Shown here: piece by piece, positions 50,126 to 59,848 of the stretch | How the letters are laid out: every line of letters begins with the position of its first letter | Numbering within the stretch: the first letter of the stretch is position 1 | Assembly (NCBI GenBank): GCA_965200315.1 | Contig: OZ241362.1 | Coordinates: 4,768,001-4,832,000, forward strand | From: Candidatus Latescibacterota bacterium | GTDB lineage: Bacteria; Latescibacterota; UBA2968; UBA8231 | Reading direction: 5' to 3' | DNA: 64,000 bases | Translations under genes and position numbers: made by a program | Notes under the pieces: generated by a model | Seen by the model: the letters and a program-made list of their open reading frames with translations, nothing else | Databases searched by the model: none | What the model was told of the DNA's origin: nothing

Positions 50126-50980
50126 TCATGTCAATTCTACTGTATCGCGCGTGGTGATTTCCTTGCGGTCGTTGAAGTCGCGCACGGCGATCAACTCCAA
50201 GGTTTCTGGCGACAATTGGGCCTTGACGCCGTCGGGCAAGGAGTCGGAGGGACCGATGTGCTGCACACCGTAGCGCAGGGTGAGAAAGCGGCGGTCCCGG
50301 TCTTTGGGCTCCCAGGAGAGCGCGCCGTGGGTGAGGTGTTCGGACATGATGACTACGTCGCCAGCTCTAGGCGTAAAATTGGTCACTCCTTCGGGCACTT
50401 CAGTGCTGAAATAATCGTCGTTGTATCCCCCGTCGGCGGTGTAGCTTTCTGGATAGAAGTAGTGGAGTTCGCGCAGGAAATTGGCCTTGTGCGAGCCGGG
50501 CACCACGATGAGCCCGCCGTCGCCGGGGAAAACGTCGGACAGATAAAAGAAAAACACCAAGTCGTTGTTGTATATTTTGCCGTCTTTGACAAAACTGCGA
50601 CGCCAGCCCGGCCGGCCTTTGCGCAGGTCTGATTCGAGTCCCGAATGCAGGGGATGAAAGGGTTTGCCGTGGACATCGACCATCATATTGCCGCCGCCTA
50701 GCCGGGGTTTGCCGCCGGTCAGTTCGAGCAGGATGGGCCAGGTTTGGGGGTGCATCGTCAGCCGTTCGAGGGCCTTGTCAAAGGCGAAGGCGTGGAGATA
50801 CCAGTTGAAGTGCTCGCGGTTGAGGTTGATGTGAAAGCCCTCTGGTAGCTGATCCGGCGGCGTGTCGATGTAGCGCTGGGCCGCGTCTTGGGCGGGGCGG
50901 AGTTCGCTCTCACTCAGAACGCCGGGCAAATGGAGGTAACCGGTTAGATCGAAAAAATAGCGCTGTTCGGGGGTCATCAT
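50126..50980 (-). CDS. Phytanoyl-CoA dioxygenase family Fe/2OG enzyme (paralog 2)
   Basis: Close paralog of 48351-49208; PLHSG, VPGSHK, LTHGAL. Confidence 0.85.
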   Translation of the reverse strand: MMTPEQRYFFDLTGYLHLPGVLSESELRPAQDAAQRYIDTPPDQLPEGFHINLNREHFNWYLHAFAFDKALERLTMHPQTWPILLELTGGKPRLGGGNMMVDVHGKPFHPLHSGLESDLRKGRPGWRRSFVKDGKIYNNDLVFFFYLSDVFPGDGGLIVVPGSHKANFLRELHYFYPESYTADGGYNDDYFSTEVPEGVTNFTPRAGDVVIMSEHLTHGALSWEPKDRDRRFLTLRYGVQHIGPSDSLPDGVKAQLSPETLELIAVRDFNDRKEITTRDTVELT

Positions 50981-51123
50981 TTCGTTTTCCTGTGCTCCTA
51001 GTGGCTGGCAGCTTATATTGACGGACGTAAGTATCACAAGTAACCAAATACGGCTCTGGACTTCAAGGGGTTGCAACTCAAAACGACCCTTGGCAGCCGG
51101 AGATTATCAGTAGGAGCCCGTTC

Positions 51124-52221
51124 ATGGCCCGCGTACGCATTGGTGTTTTGGGCTGTGGTGCCATAGCCCAGGTCCAGCACCTACCCAACCTGTTGGAACT
51201 CGACGAGGAATTTGCCGTTCCCCTCGTCTGCGATGTGTCGCCCGAGCAGGCGGCTTACGTCGCCAAGCGCTTTGCTATCCCCCGGCACGTCAGCACCCTC
51301 GACGACCTGCTAAGCGCTGATATCGACGCAGTTCTCCTCTGTCATGCCGATCCCAAAAGCGACGCGGCCATTGCGGCTTTTGCCGCCGGCAAACACGTGC
51401 TGATCGAAAAGCCCATCTGCGCGTCCCGGCAGGAAGCGGACGCCATGATTGCGGCCATGCAACAAGCCGGTACCGTGGGCCAGGCCGCCTATATGAAAGC
51501 CTACGACCCGGCCTTTGCGCTGGCCAAACGAGAGGTGGAGGGTTTGGATTACAGCTTTATCCAGATCAATCACCTGCACCCGAGCAATTATCTCCACCTC
51601 GACCACTTTAACGTGCAGTACGCGGGTTCACAGCGCCCGGCAATTGCCGCCCAACGCCAGCAGACGTATAGGGACACGCTGCGCCAGGCTTTTGGCGACC
51701 TTTTCGAGCAAGCTGCGCCGGTCTGCGGCATCACCTATGGCCTGATCCACGATCTCTACAGTTTGCGCACGATGGTGGGCTCGCCCCGCGCCGTGATTAG
51801 CACGGAAATCTGGAAGAACAACCGCTCGATTACCTCAGTGCTCGAATACGCCAATGGCGCGCGTTGTGTCATCAGCCGGGTTGACTTGGAAAAGCTGTGG
51901 GATTTTCGCGAGACGCTGGAAATCTACGGCGACGATAAGCGCGTGCTGCTCACCTATCCGACTGGTTTTTCGCGCCGCGTACTCTCTACCCTGACTGTCC
52001 AAGGCATTGACGAGCACGGCACCAGCTATCGCAAAGAGCCGGCCATTCCTTGGGAGAGTGCCTTCACCGCGGAATTGCGCCACTTCCACGCCTGTATCAC
52101 CGAGGGGGTGGAGTGCCGTACGCCGATCACTGAGGCGCGCCACGACGTGGAACTCATCATCGATATCACCAAAGCCTATATCACCGGCCAATCTGTGGAG
52201 AGGCACTATGCACGGCAATAA
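51124..52221 (+). CDS. Gfo/Idh/MocA oxidoreductase
   Basis: GCGAIA, GKHVLIEKP, IHDL. Confidence 0.9.
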   Translation: MARVRIGVLGCGAIAQVQHLPNLLELDEEFAVPLVCDVSPEQAAYVAKRFAIPRHVSTLDDLLSADIDAVLLCHADPKSDAAIAAFAAGKHVLIEKPICASRQEADAMIAAMQQAGTVGQAAYMKAYDPAFALAKREVEGLDYSFIQINHLHPSNYLHLDHFNVQYAGSQRPAIAAQRQQTYRDTLRQAFGDLFEQAAPVCGITYGLIHDLYSLRTMVGSPRAVISTEIWKNNRSITSVLEYANGARCVISRVDLEKLWDFRETLEIYGDDKRVLLTYPTGFSRRVLSTLTVQGIDEHGTSYRKEPAIPWESAFTAELRHFHACITEGVECRTPITEARHDVELIIDITKAYITGQSVERHYARQ

Positions 52222-53704
52222 TTTTTACGACCCGGGTTTGCATCTATTTCTCGACGACGAGGAAGTACAAGATCATCCCGGCTTTGTGCGCAAGGTGCAG
52301 CGGCCCGAGCGCGTACGGACGGAGCCGGTATTAAAATCCGACCGGCCTTGGGAGGGGAAAGCCGTGCAACTGTGGGGCTCGGTGCTCTACGACGACGACG
52401 AAAACTGCTTCAAGATGTGGTATTACTCGGTCAACAACGACCTGTACGAGCGCACCGGCCAAGGGCACTTTATGTGTTATGCGACCTCAAAGGACGGTAT
52501 CGCGTGGGAAAAGCCGGAACTGGGGGTCGTGGCCTGCGAAGGGTCCCGCGCCAACAATATCGTCTATCCGCCGCCGGGTGTTCACTACGGTCTGGATCCG
52601 TGGGGTGTGGTCAAAGACCCGCAGGAACAAGACCCGTCCAAACGGTATAAGATGGGTATGTACCAGCAGCGTCCCACTGCGGACGCTCCGCAGGAAACGC
52701 CCACGATGGACCGCCCAGCGCGCAATGCCCTGAGCAAAGTGCTCTTCGACAAAATTCGCGATCACCACGGCATGTACGCGGCCTTCTCGCCAGATGGCAT
52801 TCACTGGCGGCTGGACGACCGCAATTACGTGCCCCGTTCCGGCGATGCGGGCGCGCTGGTGTACGATCCCATGCAGCAGCGCTACCTAGCTACTTCGCGC
52901 CGTTATGAAACGCTGATGGACCACTTTGTGCTCGAATGGAAGCAGTATCGCCGCGTCATTGCCCTGTCCAGCAGCGAGGATTTCATCCACTGGACGCCAC
53001 TGAGAACTATTATCAAACCGGACGATTTCGACGATCCGAGGGATCAGCTATACGTGATGACGCCCTTTGTCTATGGCAACCAGTACATTGGTTTCATCGG
53101 CATGCTGCACTCGGCCACGGAGCTGGGGCCAGTGCAACTGGCTACGGCGCGGCATCTGGACCACTGGCAGCGGGTGGGCCGCCGCGAGGAATTTTTGCCG
53201 GTGGGCTCGCCGGGCACTTGGGACGGGGCTTGGTCTTCGCTGTCGGCCAATCCTCCTGCTCTTGTGGGGGATACGCTGTACATGTGGTATTCGGGCCGTC
53301 CCCAGGCCCACGGCACCGAGGGCAATTCCACTAGTTCGATTGGGCTAGTGACCCTGCGCCGGGATCGCTTTGTGGCGCTGCGCTGCGGCATCGGGGGCGG
53401 CGAATTGATGACTGAACCCATTGAAGTCGTTGGACCTAGGCTTGGGGTCAATGCCACCTGTTTATTTGGACACTTGCAGGTGCGCGTCATTGCGGAGGCC
53501 TCTGTGCCGGAGGGGTTTGACTTTGACTCGTGCAATGGGTTGGCACGGGGGGACGAGACGGATTGCGAGGTTACGTGGGGGCAGGAGCGGCGCGATCTGA
53601 CGCCTTTTTTCGGCCGGAATATCCGCTTGCACTTTCGCACGGACAATGCTACGAGCTTGTATGCCTATCGAACCGGGGACAGCTCTCGCGTTTTACGAGG
53701 ATGA
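52208..53704 (+). CDS. Five-bladed beta-propeller glycosidase-like protein (GH32/GH43-like)
   Basis: LFLDD, YATSKDGIAWEKP, SPDGIHW, SEDFIHW (Asp-boxes), LRRDRF. Confidence 0.72.
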   Translation: MHGNNFYDPGLHLFLDDEEVQDHPGFVRKVQRPERVRTEPVLKSDRPWEGKAVQLWGSVLYDDDENCFKMWYYSVNNDLYERTGQGHFMCYATSKDGIAWEKPELGVVACEGSRANNIVYPPPGVHYGLDPWGVVKDPQEQDPSKRYKMGMYQQRPTADAPQETPTMDRPARNALSKVLFDKIRDHHGMYAAFSPDGIHWRLDDRNYVPRSGDAGALVYDPMQQRYLATSRRYETLMDHFVLEWKQYRRVIALSSSEDFIHWTPLRTIIKPDDFDDPRDQLYVMTPFVYGNQYIGFIGMLHSATELGPVQLATARHLDHWQRVGRREEFLPVGSPGTWDGAWSSLSANPPALVGDTLYMWYSGRPQAHGTEGNSTSSIGLVTLRRDRFVALRCGIGGGELMTEPIEVVGPRLGVNATCLFGHLQVRVIAEASVPEGFDFDSCNGLARGDETDCEVTWGQERRDLTPFFGRNIRLHFRTDNATSLYAYRTGDSSRVLRG

Positions 53705-53717
53705 GGAGAACAGACAA

Positions 53718-54254
53718 ATGGACGAGTTACAGGCCCAAACCCTACCCGCGCTCGATTGGCATGGTATCTGGCCCGGCTACGTCAGCCACGACGACGAAGG
53801 CCTGTATTTCCCCCAGGATTTGCCCACCGGCATCCGCTTGGCCGTGCAGCAAGCCGAGTGCTCTGATCCGGTCATGGCGCGCCAAACGCGCTGGGAAGCC
53901 GGCAATATCCACTACCCGAGTTTGATAAAGGAAGGCGACCGCTATCGCCTGTGGTACTGCTGCTTTGCCGATCCCGACGACCCTTGGGTGAAGGCCGGCC
54001 ACGTGCCGGGCAAAGTACCTGGACTGTGGTGCTACGCCGAAATCGTCGACGGCAGTTTGCCCAATCGAACGAGTGCAGCTTTGGTTCCCGCTCTAGAAGG
54101 ATTCAGTTTTGCCGACTGCGACCGGCTGTCTGGGGACGAGTTGGCGGCCGTGGTGAGCTGGCGGGGCAAATCGGATCTGTCGGCGCTGAAGGGCCAGAAG
54201 ATTCATTTGCGATTTCGCCTGGCGCGCGCCCAGCTCTTTGCCGTTACCCTCTGA
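53718..54254 (+). pseudogene. Internally deleted paralog of the propeller glycosidase
   Basis: N-terminal blade (YRLWY..CYAE) joined in frame to C-terminal domain (EGFSFADC..GD..VSW..LRF). Confidence 0.65.
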
Positions 54255-54370
54255 TATAATGAACATAGATCGTCCATCCAGATAATCCGCAGATGGGCGC
54301 ACGTATTTACAAGACGATCCGCATCTCGAATCGTTTAGGTCATTCAGGCTTGCCATAGGAGACCAAAGCT

Positions 54371-55228
54371 ATGTTGGTGGGAATTGTCACTTTGAAATCG
54401 GCCCCTTGGGAATTGGAAGATAATTTCCAGCGGCTGGAAGCCTATGTGCGGGAGGCGGCCGGGCGTCGCGCCCAAGTGATTGTCGCGCCCGAGTCTGTGC
54501 TGGATGGGTATGTGTTTAACGCAGACCCCACGTCCGAGTTGGCGGATATGTTGGAAATTGCCCAGACCGTGCCGGATGGAGCCTATATCCAGCGGGCGGG
54601 CGCGTTGTGCAGAGAATTGGGGGTCTATCTGATATTCGGCTTGCTGGAACGGGAAGAGCGGACCCTGTTCAACGCCTGTGTCATGCTCGATCCGCAAGGC
54701 GAGGTGATCGCTCATTACCGCAAAATTACTACCGCGGGCGAGTATGCCATCACGCCCGGGCGAGCGCTACAGCCGTTCGATACGCCCTTGGGCCGGTTGG
54801 GCTTTCTGTTGTGTAGCGACCGCAGCGTAGATAATTGCGCGGTGCTGGGGGTCCAGGGGGCGCAGGTCATTTTTATCCCCATGGATGGCAGCGGCGGGCC
54901 GGAGAATACCGAGAAAATGCGCTGGCGGGCTCGGGACAACCACTGCTGGATTGTCATTGCCAACACTTGGAGCGCGGTAATCATCAGCCCTAGCGGGGAA
55001 TTGCACTTGGAGAAATACGAAACCGAATGCGTCAGCGTGCAATACGTTCACTTGCCGCAACAGGGCAAAAGTCAAGGACGGTCGCGCTTTGTTGCGCGCC
55101 GGCCCGATTTGTACGGTCCCCTAGTCGCCGGGCACGAGGACGGCTACTACGATGGGGAGGGCAAACTCACTCCAGAGGGCGAAGCGCGCCGACAGGCAAC
55201 GCGCCGGAAGGCAGTGGAGGGGTCGTGA
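54371..55228 (+). CDS. Carbon-nitrogen hydrolase (nitrilase superfamily)
   Basis: APE, YRK, LCSDR catalytic triad. Confidence 0.88.
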   Translation: MLVGIVTLKSAPWELEDNFQRLEAYVREAAGRRAQVIVAPESVLDGYVFNADPTSELADMLEIAQTVPDGAYIQRAGALCRELGVYLIFGLLEREERTLFNACVMLDPQGEVIAHYRKITTAGEYAITPGRALQPFDTPLGRLGFLLCSDRSVDNCAVLGVQGAQVIFIPMDGSGGPENTEKMRWRARDNHCWIVIANTWSAVIISPSGELHLEKYETECVSVQYVHLPQQGKSQGRSRFVARRPDLYGPLVAGHEDGYYDGEGKLTPEGEARRQATRRKAVEGS

Positions 55229-57519
55229 AAGACAATATCGTGGATATCCGCGACCGGATCGCCCGCCACGATCTGTGCTACGACGCGGTACCCTCTACGT
55301 ATTTCGAGGGATTTATTCTCGGCAACGGCGATCTGGGTGCCGTGCTGTGGTTTGAGGAGGATCGCATGGTGCTCAGCTTGGACAAGGCCGATGTCTGGGA
55401 GCGGCGCGCAGACCAGAGTTTGGAGCCGGGCATGGATTACCGCACCGCCTTGCAGCAAGCCCGCGACGGTAGCTTTGATCCCAACTGCCGAGTCTTCGAT
55501 CCGGTGCGGCCTCCCGACCGAGTATGGGGCAACAAGCTGCCGATCGGCCGCGTCGAATGGCCGCTTGGGCAGACGCCGACCGCACTGGAGGGCAAAATTT
55601 CGCTCTACGAGGCCGCTTTTTCGCTGGATTTGCAACTGGAGCAGGGGGCGCTGACTGTGTGGGGGTATTTGCACGCCTGCGAGAATATCGTCGAGCTCGA
55701 AATGGAGGCTCACGGCAATATCCCACTGCCCGCTTGCCGCGTCGCCCGCCGCTTGGACGAGCGCAGCGAGGAGATCATGCAGATATGGGATTATCCCGAG
55801 GCCGAGTATGGCGGTGAGGGGCCTGATCGCTACTTGGTGCAGGGATACAGCGGCGACGAGGAGTACGCGGTGTTCGTCCGCCAGTGTCTTGTAGCGAGCA
55901 ACCGCGCTCGCTGTGCTGGCACGGTGATCCGGGGTGCAGCCGGCGATGAGTTGCCGACTCGGGCGGCCGCTGCTGTGGAGGCTTGGCAGGGACGCGATGA
56001 CCGCTTTGACGAGCATCTGGCGTGGTGGGCGCGCTTTTGGACGCGCTCGCATTTACAAGTACCCGACGCGGCTCTGGAACGCTTGTGGTACGCGGAAATG
56101 TACAAGCTGGGCTGCAACGCGCGCGAGGATAAGTACCCGGTCACCATCATGGGCGTGTGGAACCCGGATACGCGCATTCCGCCTTGTTACGGCGACCTGC
56201 ACCACAATTTAGAGACCGAGATGAACTACTGGCCCATCTTCGCCGCCAACCGCCTCGAACTGGCCATGCCGCTCTACGACCTATTGGTGGACCAGTTGCC
56301 GCGCTTTGAGGAGAATTGCCGCACCTTCTTCGGCTGGAGCGGAGCCTACCTACCGGCCAATATGGATATCTACGGCCAAGGCGTGGGATTTATGTGGTTC
56401 CCGTGGAATTTGCAGGTCGGCGTGGGTGCTTGGCTGGCCCAGCATTTCTGGCTGCACTATTGCTACAGCGGCGATCGGGACTTTCTGCGCGGCAAAGCGT
56501 GGCTCTTCATGGAAGCTGTGGGCCGCTTCTGGCTGGGATTTCTCGAAGCCGACGAAGAGGGCGTGCTGCACGTGCCTTGGTCCTACTCGCCCGAGTACGA
56601 CGACATTGTGTGCAAGGGCCGGGATTCGGCGTTTGATCTGGCGCTGGTGCGCTATTTGTTCACCACGCTCATCAAAGCCGCACAGGACCTCGGATTGGGC
56701 GCGGAGGAGACGGCGTCTTATGGTCAGGTCCTAGCAAACCTAGCGCCGCTTCCCGTGGATGAGAACGGCATTCAGGTTTACGCTGGGGTGCCGTTGGAGC
56801 GCAGCCACCGCCATTTCTCCCACCTGATGGCTATTCACCCCCTCGGTTACGTCAATGTCGAAGGCGACGCTGGCGACCGGGATTTGATCGAGCGTTCGCT
56901 GGCTCACTTGCGCCACATCGGCACAGGCCACTGGTCGGGCTGGTCTTTCCCTTGGGCGGCGCTGATTGCCTGCCGCGCCCGGCGCACCAATATGGCCCAC
57001 TCCATGTTGCGCTTTTACACCGACCAAGTGGTGCTGGCAAACACCTTGCAGGTGAGCGTTGACTGGCGTCAGACCGGGTTCTACACGGCCGAACATGGTT
57101 TTATCAATACCTTGGAGGCAGGTACGGGTGCTGCCGCGGCGGTTATGGAGATGCTATTGCAGAGCTGGGGCGGCAAAATCCGCGTCTTTCCCTGCGTGCC
57201 GGATGCGTGGCCCGCGGCGTCTTTTGATTCTCTGCGCGCCGAGGGGGCGTTCTTGGTCGGCGCCTCGTATCGGGATAGGGTGGTAGAGTGGGTGTACATC
57301 ACCAGCGAAGTCGGCCATGACTGCGCCGTACATAATCCGTGGCCGCAAGGCGACGTGGTGCTGCGCGATCTGTGTACTGGTGCCGAGGTTTTGCTAAACG
57401 GGGAGGTGCTGACTTTTGCCACCGAGGCCGGTGGACAGTACGAGTTGATTGGAACGGTGGTAGGTCGGCGGCAAAGACCCGGAGCGACTTTCGCCGCCGG
57501 CCTGCCGCGCTGGGATTAA
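55225..57519 (+). CDS. GH95-like (alpha-L-fucosidase-like) glycoside hydrolase
   Basis: LGNGDLG, LHHNLETEMNYW, SYSPE, SHRHFSHL, EMLLQS, LRAEGAFLV; GTGA coupling. Confidence 0.85.
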   Translation: MKDNIVDIRDRIARHDLCYDAVPSTYFEGFILGNGDLGAVLWFEEDRMVLSLDKADVWERRADQSLEPGMDYRTALQQARDGSFDPNCRVFDPVRPPDRVWGNKLPIGRVEWPLGQTPTALEGKISLYEAAFSLDLQLEQGALTVWGYLHACENIVELEMEAHGNIPLPACRVARRLDERSEEIMQIWDYPEAEYGGEGPDRYLVQGYSGDEEYAVFVRQCLVASNRARCAGTVIRGAAGDELPTRAAAAVEAWQGRDDRFDEHLAWWARFWTRSHLQVPDAALERLWYAEMYKLGCNAREDKYPVTIMGVWNPDTRIPPCYGDLHHNLETEMNYWPIFAANRLELAMPLYDLLVDQLPRFEENCRTFFGWSGAYLPANMDIYGQGVGFMWFPWNLQVGVGAWLAQHFWLHYCYSGDRDFLRGKAWLFMEAVGRFWLGFLEADEEGVLHVPWSYSPEYDDIVCKGRDSAFDLALVRYLFTTLIKAAQDLGLGAEETASYGQVLANLAPLPVDENGIQVYAGVPLERSHRHFSHLMAIHPLGYVNVEGDAGDRDLIERSLAHLRHIGTGHWSGWSFPWAALIACRARRTNMAHSMLRFYTDQVVLANTLQVSVDWRQTGFYTAEHGFINTLEAGTGAAAAVMEMLLQSWGGKIRVFPCVPDAWPAASFDSLRAEGAFLVGASYRDRVVEWVYITSEVGHDCAVHNPWPQGDVVLRDLCTGAEVLLNGEVLTFATEAGGQYELIGTVVGRRQRPGATFAAGLPRWD

Positions 57520-57531
57520 ACGGGGTCGAGC

Positions 57532-58545
57532 ATGGACAATTCCTCAACAGCGCCGATCATTGACGCCCACGGCCATACCTTGGATCTGGCCTTTAAGTCG
57601 GGGTGCAAGCTGCACCAAGGTTTGGGTGGGCTGACCGATGTGCCCCTGATGTGCGCCGGTGGGGTCGCGGCTCAGCTAACCGCTTGTTGGGTGCCGGATG
57701 CGGAGATCGGCGGGCCTCACGGCAGTCGGCATCCCCTGCAGGAGGTCTTGCGGATCGTCGACTATCTGCATCGCCAACTCGAAGGCGAAGCTGGGGAATA
57801 CGCGGTGTTGGCCACTACTGCCGCTCACATCGAAGAAGCGCACAAGAGCGGGAAAGTCGCCTTTGTTTTGGGTCTGGAGGGCGGCGATGCGCTCAAGGGC
57901 GACCTGAGTGTATTGCGTACGCTCTATCGGCTGGGGTTGCGGCACCTCGGCTTGGTACACGAAGGACGCAATGCCTTAGGTACGGCGACGCAGGTGTGGA
58001 ACGGGCCGACCATGCGACTTTACGATAGCGAGGTCGATCCGCCGGGCCGGCTGACCGAGGCTGGCCGGCAGGTCATTGGCGAGATGAATCGGCTGGGCAT
58101 GCTCGTCGATATCACGCATCTAATTGAGGCTTGTTTTTGGGACGCGCTAAAAGTCGCCCGCGCGCCGGTCATTGCCACGCACGGCAATGCGCGGGCGCTG
58201 CGGGACACAGTGCGCTACTTGAGCGACGACCAACTCCGGGCGGTGGCCGCCACCGGGGGCCTGATTTGCCCTAGTCCGATGCCATTAGGGCCTCGGGGTG
58301 AAACAGCTAGTCTGGAGATGTTGCTGGACCACATTGATTACATAGTTGCGCTGGTTGGAGCTGCCCACGTCGGCTTTGGTACGGACCTGCTCGACCAGCT
58401 CAACGCTCGGCCGATTGGGTTGGAAGATATTGGCGAGAGCCAAAATATCGTCGAGGGCTTGCGGCAGCGCGGGCACCAAGCCGAGGCGATCAACGGGATT
58501 ATGGGCGGCAATTTTATTCGCGTTTTCAGAGAAGTAGCTGGCTAG
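57532..58545 (+). CDS. Membrane dipeptidase (M19) family amidohydrolase
   Basis: IDAH, LEG, EMNRLGMLVDITH, THGN, VGFGTD, MGGNF. Confidence 0.88.
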   Translation: MDNSSTAPIIDAHGHTLDLAFKSGCKLHQGLGGLTDVPLMCAGGVAAQLTACWVPDAEIGGPHGSRHPLQEVLRIVDYLHRQLEGEAGEYAVLATTAAHIEEAHKSGKVAFVLGLEGGDALKGDLSVLRTLYRLGLRHLGLVHEGRNALGTATQVWNGPTMRLYDSEVDPPGRLTEAGRQVIGEMNRLGMLVDITHLIEACFWDALKVARAPVIATHGNARALRDTVRYLSDDQLRAVAATGGLICPSPMPLGPRGETASLEMLLDHIDYIVALVGAAHVGFGTDLLDQLNARPIGLEDIGESQNIVEGLRQRGHQAEAINGIMGGNFIRVFREVAG

Positions 58546-58621
58546 GCTGCCGGCGTACGAGAGAGGGGAAAGAGCACTGATGCACCAACCATTTCTGGAG
58601 ACGAGTTCATCGGCCACTCTA

Positions 58622-59020
58622 TCATGCCCTTCCCGCCTCCGCCTCTGGAAACTCCCCTCGAACCCGTTCAAGCAGCACTTCGACGAGCGCGAGCACCCCT
58701 TCCCGATCTATCGCCTCAGTACTTGAGTCGATACCCTCATAGCGAAACTCGACAGCGTATGGGGTGTAGCCGATTAGCTGCTGGAAAGACTTCGTAGCAA
58801 CGCCTTGGTCGGCGAGGCGATCTAGCAGCAACTCCAGATTGTGCGTGAGAGGATACATCTCACCCCGCAGGGCGAGCCAGGCCTTGAACGACTTCGCGGC
58901 TGCTTGCTGCACGTGGAATCCAAACGCCTCTTCCGGCACACCAGCCGTCATGCCCCGGAGCGCGAGGAGGTCGCGCTCGGCGGCCTGAAACATCGCTCTT
59001 GCACATTTAACGTCGCTCAT
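58622..59020 (-). CDS. HEPN domain toxin
   Basis: FHVQQAAAKSFKAWL, THNL, YAVEFRY; overlaps MNT gene. Confidence 0.85.
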   Translation of the reverse strand: MSDVKCARAMFQAAERDLLALRGMTAGVPEEAFGFHVQQAAAKSFKAWLALRGEMYPLTHNLELLLDRLADQGVATKSFQQLIGYTPYAVEFRYEGIDSSTEAIDREGVLALVEVLLERVRGEFPEAEAGRA

Positions 59021-59342
59021 AAAGCACCTTCCCCTCTCGCAGTGCTCGCGCCAGAACGTGGTTGAGGGAATCGCGCCAGTAGGCGACGTCTTCACGGGAA
59101 TAGACCAAGACATCGGCCGGGACGAAAAATCCCGCTAGCGCGTGGTAGAGTCGGACCATCTCTTGGTGGCGACTGCGCCCCGGCCCGAACGGTTCGGCTT
59201 CCACGACGATCAGATCGACGTCCGAATCTTCCCGCTCGTCGCCCCGGCCGCGGGAGCCGAACAGGATCACCTGCTCGGGATCGACTTCGGCGACGATGGC
59301 TTGGACCATCTGCTCGATGAGTGTGTCGGTGACTTGGGGCAC
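59007..59342 (-). CDS. Minimal nucleotidyltransferase (MNT) antitoxin
   Basis: ILFGSRGRG...SDVDL (GSx10DxD), EGKVLY. Confidence 0.9.
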   Translation of the reverse strand: MPQVTDTLIEQMVQAIVAEVDPEQVILFGSRGRGDEREDSDVDLIVVEAEPFGPGRSRHQEMVRLYHALAGFFVPADVLVYSREDVAYWRDSLNHVLARALREGKVLYERR

Positions 59343-59848
59343 GGCGGTGTCGCATTCATCAGATGGGATTGACGCCAGCGCGGTCGAAGAGCATCGCGAC
59401 CGACGCGAAGACCAAAAGGGCGATAGCATGCACAACGGGTCTCTTCTTTGATATGATAGTTGGATCACCACCAAAACGAAAGCTCCGAGGGGACTTAATC
59501 AGAGATTCCTTTATTTTTTTATGGCTGAGAGCAGCCTAAAGAGCCGCCCGCGTAAAAGCCGATCGCGTTGTACCTGTTTTTTCGCGGAATGAGCATTCAT
59601 TCCGAAGAAATTTAAATGGTCTGCTGTAGGGTGGCCCTCGTCCCGTTCAATGGGATGTGGGGGACGCTTCGGCAGAGGCCAAACGTGAAACCGGATGGGG
59701 CCGGGCGCGGTGCAAGGCCGGGCAAAGCTGATGTTATGGCAGTAAAATGCGGCCGTATACGCCGATTGAGCGGCAAAAGCTATCAAAATAGCAGATAAGC
59801 AGGGCAGAGACGCGGAGGTGCCAAGCTGCGCTGGACACCGGCGCAGAC

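Noticed and set aside
59492-59512. Possible IS terminal repeat (GGAATCTCTGATTAAGTC on minus strand)
   Set aside because: No partner repeat or transposase located in the window.
59620-59730. Structured intergenic region, possible riboswitch or ncRNA
   Set aside because: Hairpin present and a CGGTGCAA..CCG element, but the cobalamin GGGAA/B12-box and other family motifs are missing; needs an Rfam/Infernal search.
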